A stretch of 64,000 nt of DNA from Octopus sinensis (lineage: Eukaryota), in NCBI RefSeq assembly GCF_006345805.1, contig NC_043010.1, positions 17,298,001 to 17,362,000 of the forward strand. Reading direction: 5' to 3'. The position numbers and the translations under genes were made by a program. A model generated the notes under the pieces. The model made no database searches, had not been told where the DNA came from, and saw only the letters and a list, made by a program, of their open reading frames with translations. The stretch's first letter is position 1; each line of letters starts with the position of its first letter. Shown here in pieces: positions 50,344 to 61,780 of the stretch.

Positions 50344-52593
50344 TTATAGTCTATCCTTTGAATGAATCAATTTGTGTTCAATTAACGAACTGTTTCGAGA
50401 GAAGGTTTTACTACAGATTTCACATTCGTATAACTTGTCGCCGGTATGAACTCTTTTATGCTGAACTAAGATACTACTTTGGGAAAAAGCTTTGCCACAA
50501 ATTTCACATTGATAAGGATTTTCTCCTGTATGCACTCTCATGTGCTGAACTAAGCTGCTATTAACTGAAAAGGCTTTACCACAAATTTCACACTGGAACG
50601 GTTTCTCCCCTGTGTGTATTCGTGTATGACGAGACAAAGCTACTTTTTCAGAGAACTTCTTCCCACAGTTGTCACATTGGTGCATTCTCTCTCCAGAGTG
50701 AATACGTTTGTGTCGAGATAAAGCAAAATTACGAGGAAACGTTTTGCCACAAATATCACAAGAGTATGGTTTATCGTTAGAGTGAATCCATTTATGTTCT
50801 GTTAAAGTACCATTTCGTGAGAAAGTTTTGCAACAAATTTCACACTTGTAACGTTTTTCACTCAAATGAATTTGTTTGTGAAGAATTAAAGAGTGATTCT
50901 GAGTATATATCTTACCACAGATTCCACATTTGTAAGGTTTCTCTCCAGAATGACTTTGATCATGCTCAACTAGTTTGCTTTTCTCAGAGAATATTTCACC
51001 ACAAATCTTGCAATCATAGGATTTCTCCGATACATGTGACTGTGCATGAAGTGTTAATTCTGTATTTAAAGAAAAGGTTTTGCCACAGATGTTACACGAG
51101 TAGGTATTCTCTTGCGTATGAACGAGCATATGTTGTGTTAGAAAACTATTGGCAGAAAAGGACTTGCCACACACTTCACAGGGATAGAATTTTTTCTTGG
51201 CATGAATCCATTTATGTTCATTTAAGATGCCAACTCTTTCAAATGTCTTATCACAAATCCCACACCGATATGGTTTCTCACCAGAATGGATCCGTTTATG
51301 ATGTATTAAACTACGATTCAAAGAGAATATTTTCCCACAAATATCACAAATATACGGGTTTTCCCCTGAGTGTAAACGTTTATGTTGAATTAGTATACTG
51401 TTTTGAGAAAATGATTTGCCACAAATATCACAATTGTAAGGACTCTCACCAGAATGGATTCTTTTATGCTGAACCAAGCTACTATTGACAGAAAACATTT
51501 TACCACAAATTTCACAATGGAATGGCTTTTCCCCAGTGTGGATTCGTTTGTGACGTGATAAATCTTTATTTTCAGCGAATGCTTTTCCACAAGTTTCACA
51601 CTGGTGCGGTTTCTCTCCTGTGTGAATTCGTGTGTGTCGAGATAAATAACTATTTCGAGAGAAAGTTTTACCGCATATTTCACAAGTGTAAGGTCTGTCT
51701 TCAGTGTGGACCCATTTGTGTTCAATTAAGGCACTATTGCGAGAGAACGATTTACCACAAATTCCACATTTGTAGGGTTTTTCTCCGGTGTGGATACGTC
51801 TATGATGGACTAAAACACTGTTTTGTGTAAATGTCTTACCGCAGATTTCACAGTGGTATGGGTTTTCACCAGTATGAATTCGTTTGTGTTGAACTAGGCT
51901 GCTACTCACAGAAAAGGCTTTACCACAAACTTCACACTGATATGGTTTTTCCCCTGTGTGTATGCGTCCATGGCGAGATAAATCACTTTTAATAGAGAAT
52001 CTTTTACCACAGATATCACAGTGGTGTGGTTTTTCACCAGTGTGTGTACGAGCATGTCTAGACAGGTAATTACGTTGTGAAAATATCTTACCACAACTTT
52101 CACAGCGGTAGGTCTTGTTGCCAGTATGGATAAGTCGATGATGAGATAAGCCACTGCTATGAGAGAAGGTTTTACCACAAAATTCACAACTGTATGGTTT
52201 ATTCTTGGTATGAGTCCATTTATGCTCAATTAAGATATTCTTCCTAGAAAATGTTTTGCCACAAATTTCACAGTGAAATGGTTTCCCTTCTAATTTTACA
52301 TTAGATAAAGTCCTGCTTTGAGAAGTCGGCAGACAAGTTATAGTGCAAAATGATTTCTCTGTGGCATCAACTTCCTTATCTTCTGTCAAATGGTTGTTTA
52401 TTGTTGTTTCACAAGATTTCAAGTCACAGATAATCTCTGTTTCATTAGGAAAGTTATCACAAGGAAGAAATTTTGCCTCAATACTTTCTTCATCAGTATT
52501 CCTACATTTGTGCATTGACAGCTCATCATTTTCAGAAAAACCTTGTTTGCATATCTCACACTGAAGCAGTTTATACTCCATGTCTTCAAACAT
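50344..52593 (-). CDS. C2H2 zinc-finger protein D (749 aa; 23 canonical fingers plus an N-terminal degenerate C2HC)
   Basis: Intact ORF. Acceptor TTTTGTCTTCTTTTTTCAG (AG at 52818-52819); the reading frame is closed by TAA shortly upstream of the ATG. Confidence 0.95.
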   Translation of the reverse strand: MFEDMEYKLLQCEICKQGFSENDELSMHKCRNTDEESIEAKFLPCDNFPNETEIICDLKSCETTINNHLTEDKEVDATEKSFCTITCLPTSQSRTLSNVKLEGKPFHCEICGKTFSRKNILIEHKWTHTKNKPYSCEFCGKTFSHSSGLSHHRLIHTGNKTYRCESCGKIFSQRNYLSRHARTHTGEKPHHCDICGKRFSIKSDLSRHGRIHTGEKPYQCEVCGKAFSVSSSLVQHKRIHTGENPYHCEICGKTFTQNSVLVHHRRIHTGEKPYKCGICGKSFSRNSALIEHKWVHTEDRPYTCEICGKTFSRNSYLSRHTRIHTGEKPHQCETCGKAFAENKDLSRHKRIHTGEKPFHCEICGKMFSVNSSLVQHKRIHSGESPYNCDICGKSFSQNSILIQHKRLHSGENPYICDICGKIFSLNRSLIHHKRIHSGEKPYRCGICDKTFERVGILNEHKWIHAKKKFYPCEVCGKSFSANSFLTQHMLVHTQENTYSCNICGKTFSLNTELTLHAQSHVSEKSYDCKICGEIFSEKSKLVEHDQSHSGEKPYKCGICGKIYTQNHSLILHKQIHLSEKRYKCEICCKTFSRNGTLTEHKWIHSNDKPYSCDICGKTFPRNFALSRHKRIHSGERMHQCDNCGKKFSEKVALSRHTRIHTGEKPFQCEICGKAFSVNSSLVQHMRVHTGENPYQCEICGKAFSQSSILVQHKRVHTGDKLYECEICSKTFSRNSSLIEHKLIHSKDRL

Positions 52594-52598
52594 TGAAA

Positions 52599-52739
52599 TT
52601 AAACCCAGTTAACTTGGTGCGATGAACAAACTGCAACCTTGGAAACTGAATGTCTCACAATCAAACCGATTGCAAAGTTGACAATCTTAGAAACAGGAAC
52701 TTCCTGATTTGAATCATCTTCACAAAAATACAAAACCAT
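52599..52739 (-). other. 46-codon upstream ORF in the inferred 5' UTR of ZNF gene D
   Basis: ATG at 52739 encodes MVLYFCEDDSNQEVPVSKIVNFAIGLIVRHSVSKVAVCSSHQVNWV*, ending 5 nt before the main ATG. Confidence 0.4.
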
Positions 52740-53427
52740 TTTTTAGGTTAATAGCTTCACTTCCTAAGGTTTCCAAATAAGAAAACTTATTTTTTCTACT
52801 TGGGAAGGTGGAACTTCCTGAAAAAAGAAGACAAAAAAAGAAAGTGAAATGAGTGAGAATTTAATAAAATTTAAAAACTAAAATAAGAAAACTCATTGGT
52901 TAAAGATAAACTTGATGTTTAACAAAATACGAAAATTGCTTGACTGGGTTTTGTGAAAGATCACAAAGTCCCATATTAGAAGAAAATGGAGGAAATAGTA
53001 GTTAAGACATGTTTAGTTAGTAAATTATCTAGAAATGAGTAGCTAAAGATTTTTGTCTGAATCTGCAATGCCTAACAAACCAAATATGCTGGTTTTTGCT
53101 ATGTTCCGTTTATCACTTTATTCACATGTTGATGTTAATAAATATTTTCTGTTTGGTTAAGGATTTTAACAGAATCACATCAACTTTATGATGATATTTT
53201 TCAACAAACCTGTGAGCCTGTGCTTTTGTTAGATTTATTATCAGTTTGGAGTAGCTTTGACAGACAAGACACACAATAAAGTTGAAACAGCACACTGTCT
53301 CAAAGATTCCTTACACCAGTGTTATGAAAATACACCATTTAAAGGGAGGAGGTGTTTTCTGATTAGGGAAAACAACAGGGATCAGTTATTCATGGCTGAA
53401 TCTATTCGAATCTATTGGGAATAACAT

Positions 53428-53720
53428 AATAATGAAATTATTGTATACAGTGCTCAGGTGCACCACAACTTGTCAAAAGTGCGTATAAAGCATATGCAGT
53501 AATGTACAAATGTCTGGAAAGCGAACAGTGTATGAGACAGATACATGCTTGCGTGTGTATGGAGGGTAGAAGATCAGGTATAGTGTTGGCGAATCTCAGG
53601 AAGCATGGAAGTTTTGAAGGATGCAGTGCTCCGACAACTAACAGCTGATGCCGGCAGTTTGTTCCATGCTTCAGCAACTCTTAGCATGAAAAAATGTTTC
53701 CGAAAGTCATGGGAGCTGTG
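53428..53720 (-). mobile_element. CR1/L2-type LINE 3' end
   Basis: Minus strand RVAEAWNKLPASAVSCRSTASFKTSMLPEIRQHYT* (RV..WN.LP motif) followed by a short UTR. Confidence 0.7.
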
Positions 53721-54949
53721 CTGTTTTCTGACTTTGTAAACATGAATCAATGTTATTGAAATGTTTGAAAATTAAGTCTTTAAAACCAAAATTTTTAGAG
53801 ATTAATTTTTCATAATTAATAATAAATAAGCTGGCAGAAAAGTTACTGCTTAGGGGAAAATGCTTCACAGCATTTCTTCTGACCTTACATTTGAGTTCAA
53901 ATGCCATCAGAGTCAACTTTGCCTTTCATTCTTTCACAGTCAATGAAATAAGAACCAATTGAGCACTGGGGAGGTCAATGTAATCGACTTACATTAAAGG
54001 TATGCATATCTGTGGAGTATTCAGCCACTTGCTCATTAATTTCATGAGCAGGTGGTTCTGTTGATTGGATCAGCTGGAACTCTCGTCATTGCAACCAATG
54101 GAGTGTAAGTGTAACAAAAATTATAGCCAAGAATCTGGCTTTAAAGAATTATTTCAATAATTGTTCATTTCAGGAATTAGTTCTTCACTTTTGAGAGAGA
54201 GAGAGAGAGAGTGTGTGTGTGTGTGTTGGAGATGACCAAGATGAGGTATCAAAAAGACAATGGCTCACATCCTATCTTTGACAGAAAAACAATGTTCATG
54301 GCCCAGAGACTTAATTCTTCCTGGTGCAGTCCTCCGAGCAGTAAATATGGTTTGTGAGAATATATGTACAGCACTGCATATTTAATGAGTGTTCTGTTAG
54401 ATTGCACTGGAAAGTTCAGCTTGTGCTAAAAACCCAGGGACTGTAGTAGGAACCCACCCAAAAGACGACAATGATGACTTACTTTCAGTTTTGACCATGA
54501 GCAAGCAGTTATTTAATCAACTGATTAATGTTTAAGTGGCTGAGTATTCCACAGGCCTTGTCAGTACAATACATAACGAAGCTGAACATTTAATTACAGA
54601 TACAATCCATTCAAAAGGCTTCTATGCAGTTTCCCCCTAACCCAATTTCACTTCCAAGGTTTGAGTTGACCTGAAGTTAAGATAAAAGGTGTTTGCCAAA
54701 GATGCAATGCAGGGAGATGGCACTTGGAACTTTAAAGCTTACAAAAACAATGTTCCTAATGACTCAGTCATGTTGGCATCCATAAATAAATAAGCTGCCT
54801 TGGAAATGGTGTCAGTGAAATAGCAACCAAAACACAGGGGTGGCTATGTGGTAAGAAGTTTGTTTCCCTGTATTTTTGCTTTTTTGAACTCTGAACTTTT
54901 GGTTTTCTGTGATCTTTTTTCAAAAAAGAAACACAGCAAAGAAGATAAA

Positions 54950-56258
54950 TAACACTGTGTTGGAGTGGGAGAGTGTCCCACCCAAACAGTGGATAAAAGA
55001 CTTTGAAGAGAGGACGGTGGTGCTGTGAACGTACTCCAAGTCACTTGACACTATCGCCCTCTTTCAAAAGAGTGGAATTGAGAAAGAGTTGGCAGAATAT
55101 TTGCCAACTATTAAATTCATCTCCAACGGTGTGGTTGCTGTTTGACACCCCTGAGGAGGCTTGCAAATTTGTGAGCCAGCCCTTGAAGGGCAAAGAGATC
55201 TTGTTTCTTCCCACGTATTATAGGAAGAAGTAGACAAGAGCTTGGGTCTATGGGTTGCCACCCGGGATAGAACCCAAGTGGATAGAGAAAAACTATCTGC
55301 CGGGGTCTGGGTGGCAGTGGAGCCAAGCTCCTCAATATGAAGATTTTTCCTGTGGCTGATTGGGTTAGGTCTAAAGCTGTTTTAACCCTGTGGACCCTAT
55401 CAGCCAAGAATTTGGTTTTTCCAAATTTTTTGAAAATTGCCTGGTGCAGGTACCCAGTGAGTCTTGAGGGACGCCCCCCACCCCCAAGTGTCACCAGTGC
55501 CTGGAACTGGACCACTTCAAAAAGAACTGTCCCCAGGGCTACAGTAGGGTCCTGGAGCAGTTGGTTGTGGAAAAGCACCCCCTCTCCTCCTCTGGAAGGA
55601 GAGATGGAGGTAGGCGAGGAAGGAGAGACCTCCCCCAGAAAAATGGGGTAAAAAAGGAAGAAGGGGAGCAACAATGGTTGCTCACCAAAGGATCCAAAAG
55701 CTGTGGGAGGAAGCTATGTTCTTCCGGTTAAAGCGAAGGAACCAAACCCTCCCGTACCAAAGGCAAAAAAAAAAGAAAAAATGGAACGGGACAGTGCTGG
55801 CAGTTTACAGTGCACTACCAGCATATCCCAAAACCTCGTCGGTGGGAATTGTGCCACCGACAGAGAAAACTATGGCCCCTCCCAGTGAAAATTATGAGGA
55901 ATTTGTGATCTTCTTTCTCAAGGGAGGGGCAGTAGAGAACTTTGTAAGAAGTTTTGAAGGTCGGGAACTGGCGGTTCCGACCTGCATTGATGGCCCACAT
56001 TGGCCTCCGCAGGTGGCTGTGGGGGTCATGGAAGAGAGTAACTTTTATAAGATAATGCATGCCTTTTCTAAGGAGGAATTCAATTATCTTTTCTGGGTCC
56101 CCGACTTGCTACTGTGGGATTGCCTGCAGGCAGCGAGAGATTTGATCGGGGAGGTGGAGTGAGAGGTCTTGGCACCTTGATTAACTTGGAACTTTTTGAC
56201 TACTGTAAGAGGTTTATTACCTCATTAGTGTTTAAATAAAAAAAAGAGAAAAAAAGAA
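54950..56258 (+). mobile_element. ORF1-only L1/Tx1-type retroelement with poly(A)-like tail (HAL1-like), decayed
   Basis: LLFDTPEEACKFVSQPLKGKEILFLPTYY, knuckle CHQCLELDHFKKNC (55489-55530), stop at 56162, then AATAAA and an A-rich tail at ~56235-56258; no EN or RT between. Confidence 0.6.
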
Positions 56259-56399
56259 CAGTGTTCTTGAGGGGCATCGATTGGCAGGGGTCATTTGCTT
56301 CCTTCATCAATATCATTATTTTGTTCATCATTCATCTCATTTTTGTGTTGTTGTCCAGCCCGCAATTGCTTCTATCTTTGTAATGCCTTTATGGCAAAT

Positions 56400-57905
56400 T
56401 TGATGAAATAAAGAAGCTTGTTTCCCAACCACAGGGTTCTAGGTTCACTTCCAATGTGCAGCACCTTGAGCAAGTGTCTTCTACAACAGCTCTGGGCCAA
56501 CTGAAGCCTTGTGAGTGGATTTGGCAAATGGTTTTTTTCAGACAAATAGTCAGATTGAATTCCTGGCAGGTCCTCACAGTGCTCTGTCAATGCTGCATCA
56601 TCTGCAAACAGTATTTCTCTGATGAGTATTTGACGAACCCTTGATTTCAAGTTCAGCTTTGACAGACTAAGTGGTTCTCTGTCTGATCTGGTGTTGGGGT
56701 AGACACCATCAGCTGATGTTCCAAATGCATGTTTCAATATGACTGTGAAGATGAAGCCAAATGGGGCAGGGTGCAAGCGCACCGCCCCACTTCACACTGC
56801 TGCCTATGATGAATGCTTCTAAAGAAGAGCCCCCTAACTGAATGATGCTTTTCATACCTGCATGAAACAACTGGACATGCTCCACCCCCACCATCAACAA
56901 CTATCAGCTGGAGGTAGTCCATGAATTCACCTACCTCAGCTCTACCATCACTGATAGCCCCTTCTTGGAGCCTGAGATCAGCAGGTGAGCTGTATGAGCA
57001 TCCTCCACATTTGCCAAGCTGATGAAGAGAGTCTGGGAAAACAGAAAACTGACCACAAACACCAAGATTGCTGTCTACAAGGTGTGCGTCCTCAACACAC
57101 TACTTCATGGCAGTGAAGACATGGAGCCTCTACTCCAGACAGGAGCAGTGTTCCAATGTCTTCCACCTTCACTGCATCTTGGATATGAAGCGGACCGACT
57201 GAGTCAACCAGCAACAAAGTCCTCAACCATGCCAAGACAACTTGCTCCAATTGCACTGGCTCAGTCATGCATGTTGTATGCTGGATGGGAGGATTGCAAA
57301 AGACCTCCTGTATGGGAAATTGGCCACTGGCACAAGAGCATGAGGATGGCCTCATCTTTGTTTCAAGGACATATCCGAGAGATATGAAGTCAATAGATCT
57401 GGACGTCCTGAGATGGGAGGAGGTAACAAATGGTTGCCCACACTGGAGACCAGTACTATGCAAGGAGATGGAGCGAGGGAAAGAGAAAATGAAACTTGCC
57501 ACTGAAGGAAAGGAAAACTGTGTTGTGCTGGTGGAGAGGTTCTTCCAATGCAGTCGCTGCATGTGAGACTGCCATTCCCATGTGGGCCTGTACAGCCACG
57601 GCAGACATTGCACCACCATCAGCAGCTGACACAAAATTCTCCAGGTACAGATCCACGGTTTTTCAAGACCAATGGATGGCTATCTATCCATATGTGTGTG
57701 TGTGCTTGTTCCCTACCATCATTGGACAACCAATGTTGGTTTGTTTGCTTCCATGTAATTTAATGGCCTCAGCCAAAGAGACTAAAGAAATAAACTCCAG
57801 GTTTAAAAGAAATTAGTACTGGGACAGATTCCTTCGATTAAAACTCAAGGTGGGGCCCCAGCATGGCCATGGTCTAATGGCTAAAAACAAGTAAAAGATA
57901 AAAGA
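56400..57905 (+). mobile_element. SINE family 1 split by an RTE insertion
   Basis: SINE head at ~56400-56530 and SINE body/tail at ~57690-57905. Confidence 0.7.
56533..57690. mobile_element. BovB-like RTE with inverted 5' segment
   Basis: Minus strand ~56830->56533: (GVKQG-like)...ILFADDAAL...CQEFNLTICLKKT. Plus strand from ~56870: PTINNYQLEVVHEFTYLSSTI...KRVWENRKLTTNTKIAVYKVCVLNTLLHGSE. Confidence 0.8.
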
Positions 57906-58835
57906 ACATGAAAAAACAGAAAGGGCTCCACATGGTCAGCTGGTTTGCTAGAAGTAGCAGCCAGCCAAATCGGCCTAAAATCCCACTCTACTGTCTTCCA
58001 CACATCATTTAATTGTCATCCTAGATATACTATGAAAAAATATGGAGTGGTCATGGCTAGAACACCCTTGATCATGTGTCTGCATGATAAGAATTAATTC
58101 CGGAGTTAAACAACAAATTTTACATTTCAGAGGAAATATAAAAAAGAAGTTTTAGTCAAACACCCCCACCACTTCTTAAGTCAATTACTCCACTTTTATG
58201 ATCTGAGATATCCATCAATTGGTTAACCTTATTGCCATCTAACTTGTCTTCTGAACTTAGGATCATAAGCTAACAAAACACTCACCAATGTTAAAGAGCT
58301 GCCACTGGTTACTGCGGCGAATTGTTCATAATGTACAATATCTTTCTTCATCCAGGTGGACTGAGAGTTAAATTGCTTCACCACAAATGTAACATATCAC
58401 AGGATATGTTACACATGTTTGACCTTGGACCTGGTTATCAGTGCCTTGAACTAGTGTTTGGTCCTAAGTCAAACAGAAATATAATTGACAGTGTTACAGC
58501 AAAAGCCATTTCAGTTACCATCATCATTTAACGTCTGTTTTCCATGATATATATATATATGCCACGTAAAAAGCACTAAGTCCACTCCACTGAGTGGTTG
58601 GTGTCAGGAAGGGCATCCAGCTGTAAAACCTTGCTGAAACTGACCTCACCTGTGCTTGGGCCACATAAAATGCACTAAGTCCACTCTGCCAAATGGCTGG
58701 TGTTAGGAAGGGCATCCAACTGTAAAAATCCTGCCAAAACAGTTACAGAAGTCAGGTTTCTGCCTGGCCAGCTCCTGTCAAACCATCCCACCCATGCCAG
58801 CATGGTAGACAGAAGTTAAACAATGATGAAATAAA

Positions 58836-59195
58836 GTGTGGCTGTGTAGTAAGAAGTTTGCTTCCCAACCACATCATTCTGGGTTCAGTCCCACTGCATG
58901 GCACCTTAGGCAAGTGTCTTCTACTATAGCCTCAGGAAGATTCAAAGCCTTGTCAATGGATTTGGTAAACGGAAACTGAAAGTAGCCTGTCGTATGTGTG
59001 TGTGTCCCACCACCACTCGACAATCAATGTTGGTGTGTTTACATCCTCATACATTAGCAGTCCGGCAAAAGGGACTGATGTAATGAGTACCAGGCTTAAC
59101 AAAAGATTAAGTCCTGAGGTCAACTCATTTGACCAAAAATCCAAGGCGGTGCCCCAGCATGGCCAGTCTAATGACTGAGGCAAGCAAAAGATAAA
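58836..59195 (+). mobile_element. SINE family 1 copy
   Basis: GTGGCTGTGTAGTAAG...GGTTCAGTCCC...CCCCAGCATGGCCAG...GCAAAAGATAAAAAG. Confidence 0.8.
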
Positions 59196-59599
59196 AAGAT
59201 ATATAAGGACTTTTGCACATTAACCAGGTCCCAGCTTGAAAACTTTCTTTTTGTGGCAAGGTCGTAACTTTTATTAGAATATGGCACATGTTTAAGACAC
59301 ATATATAAAACAAAACCACACTAAAAATACAAATCTAAAACTGGGAGAATGAAATGGAAGAAGAGGAACAAAGGAAGAAGAAAACACCCATCAATTCAAC
59401 ACCAATGTGTTTCAACTGGCTGCACGCCACAAGGTTCAGTGGAACCTACTGAAGCAAGCCAACACACTCATGACATTACCGTGGGTGATGGCGAAGCTAA
59501 GGCACCAGAACAGTCAAGCACCTTCATGGGCATCACCTGCCTCCTTGGTAAGGTGCACTAGCATAGCTGGAGGGGGGGCACTTTTAAAGGGGCACCACT

Positions 59600-60230
59600 T
59601 TGGGGTCTGCTGTAGGCAATGTGTTTTTTGTGGGGTCCAAGGGTGGCACACACTCTATCTATGCTAGTGGTAAGGTGAGCTGCCAACAATGACAAGAACT
59701 TTGCTGTCTGCAGCCCAGCCCCTCTAAATATCTCAAGCGCCACAGGCTGGAAGAAATATGGTTCACTGACTGGTCCTGATAATTAAGAATTTTGTTCCAT
59801 TTGGCTATGGGAGCAGTGACCTCCCGTTTACCACAGTATCCAGGATGTGGGAGGGAACAAAGGAGTCACAGACGGTGGCATCCCAGATGAGGTACCTACA
59901 TCTTACCTTAAGGACAAAGGGTAAGAACACCTGGTTTTTTTCCCCATTGCTTCTAGATAAACCCACCAGCTCTAGAACTGAGGGGATACTAACCCAAACC
60001 AGAGCCCACTTAATGATTAAGTTTATCTTGGTGTGACGAGCAGAATGACCAGCATTTAGGCAGCAAAGCAAACAGTGGAGTTGAGGGGCCTGCCACAGCG
60101 ACATCTCAGGACCCCACAAACGTTGGCTCCATTCTGAGAGCAATGGAGATGAGGAACTTATCTAAACTAAGTAGACCACCAATATTGGCCACAGGCAGGG
60201 TATCAATTCAGCCCCCTATTTGCCAGATCC
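59600..60230 (-). mobile_element. CRE-clade-like LINE C-terminus (RLE endonuclease), decayed
   Basis: Frameshifted ISIALRMGANVCG..RCRCG, HSARHTKINLIIKWAL..SIPSVLELVGLSRSNG, LIWDATVCDSFVPSH and PVALEIF. Confidence 0.65.
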
Positions 60231-61592
60231 TTGACTCAGAAGGCAATACTATCTGTCGTACCATTGATAATAGCGGAGAGAAGTGACTAAACTGAATTAA
60301 CCAGACTTAAAACAGGTGATTTCTATCCACGGTATAGCTGTCTAGTTATAAACAAAATTTCCTTCTAAGATAAAGAGTCATCTTAGAAAGGCTGCCATTT
60401 TAACATGAGTGATAAAGGAACGGAGACCTCAATGGATGGTTTTCATTTAATACAAAATGGGATTTTTTAAAACTCAGATATTTACACCTCATTCACTTGA
60501 AAATTCATCGTAGTAAAGTTAGGTTACTTTCATTTTTCTATTCACCTTATTGTGTTTGATTGATCGATCATTTCTATTTTGATTGTATAACATATTTCGC
60601 CTTCCATCCTTCTGAGATCGATGTAATAGGGAACCAGCTGTGCACTGGGACCGATGTCATCGACTAACCCCTTCTCCAAAACGTCAGGCCTTGAGCCTCA
60701 AGTAAAAAGCATTACACACGTGTGTGTGTGTGTGTGTGAGGGGGAGGAATGTTCCAGTGTGTCAACAAAATAAATTACCAGTTGGACAGTTTTAAATGAA
60801 CAAAACAAGGAAATCGAGTGAGAAAATTATACGGAATAAAAAAACTTAATAACCGTTTGTAGTTTAGAGTGAAGAAAGCTGGTAGTTCTGAGGGGAGGGA
60901 AAAGTCGATTACATCGACCTCAGTACTTGACTGGTATTTTATTTTATCGACCCTTGAGAGTGTTAAAGGTAAAGTTCACCTTGGCCAGATTTGAACTCGT
61001 AATGCACAAAGCCGGAACAAATATGTAAGATAACTTTTCCGATTAGTCCATAATATTCCCAAGTTATCAGGAAGAGAGGAGGAAAAGTATGGATATATTA
61101 TTTGGATGATGTTCGGTTGTGATCAGCAGCCACTGGCTGTTGACAGTTTGTGGTCGAACTAAACACAGCAACACCATCATTTTCTTGTTTGTGTTAGAAG
61201 TTGTCCACGAACATGGATGTCAACAGGTACCTGCCCCATCATTGGGGACAGGCTACACTAAGAAAGTCGAGGCAGTTAGGGTAATAACACACACACACAC
61301 ATATATATCTGTATATATATATATATATAAGAATACCTTTATATGTCAGAGCAAAATTAACAGGGACCATACATCAATTAATTAGTACCAATTATTTATA
61401 TATATAGGAATATCATGTATATCGTGTGTCTGTGTTTATGCATGTAAGGCTGATATATATATATATAAGCTGTATCGTAGGCCAACAACACCGTTAATAC
61501 AGACAACAGGGCGATTAAAGGGTCAACAGCAACATTCGACTTGGGACACACACACAACCACATTGTAAATAAACTCATCAACCGAAACGCAC

Positions 61593-61780
61593 CTTCTGCT
61601 TTCTTCCAAGTAGTTTCTCTCTCTTCTTAAGCGACACACGTACAAATGTCCCCAGTAACACATCACTCGAGCAGCGTCGACCAACTTTCAGTTAGATTAT
61701 TTGCTATTTATTATTTAACAAGTCTCCAACATTCTAGACTCTTAATTAAAGCACGTGTTATGGCGGACGCTGTTGTCAGC
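61593..61780 (-). promoter_or_regulatory. Inferred non-coding exon 1 / promoter of ZNF gene D
   Basis: Donor AAG|GTGCGT (intron starts 61592); CpG-rich patch with YY1-like ATGGCGG (~61760) and CACGTG. Implies an ~8.8-kb intron. Inference only. Confidence 0.4.

Noticed and set aside
50817-52564. Plus-strand ORFs antisense to the ZNF genes (also 14092-15366 and 38939-39542)
   Set aside because: These are shadow ORFs typical of the opposite strand of C2H2 arrays; no domain signal.
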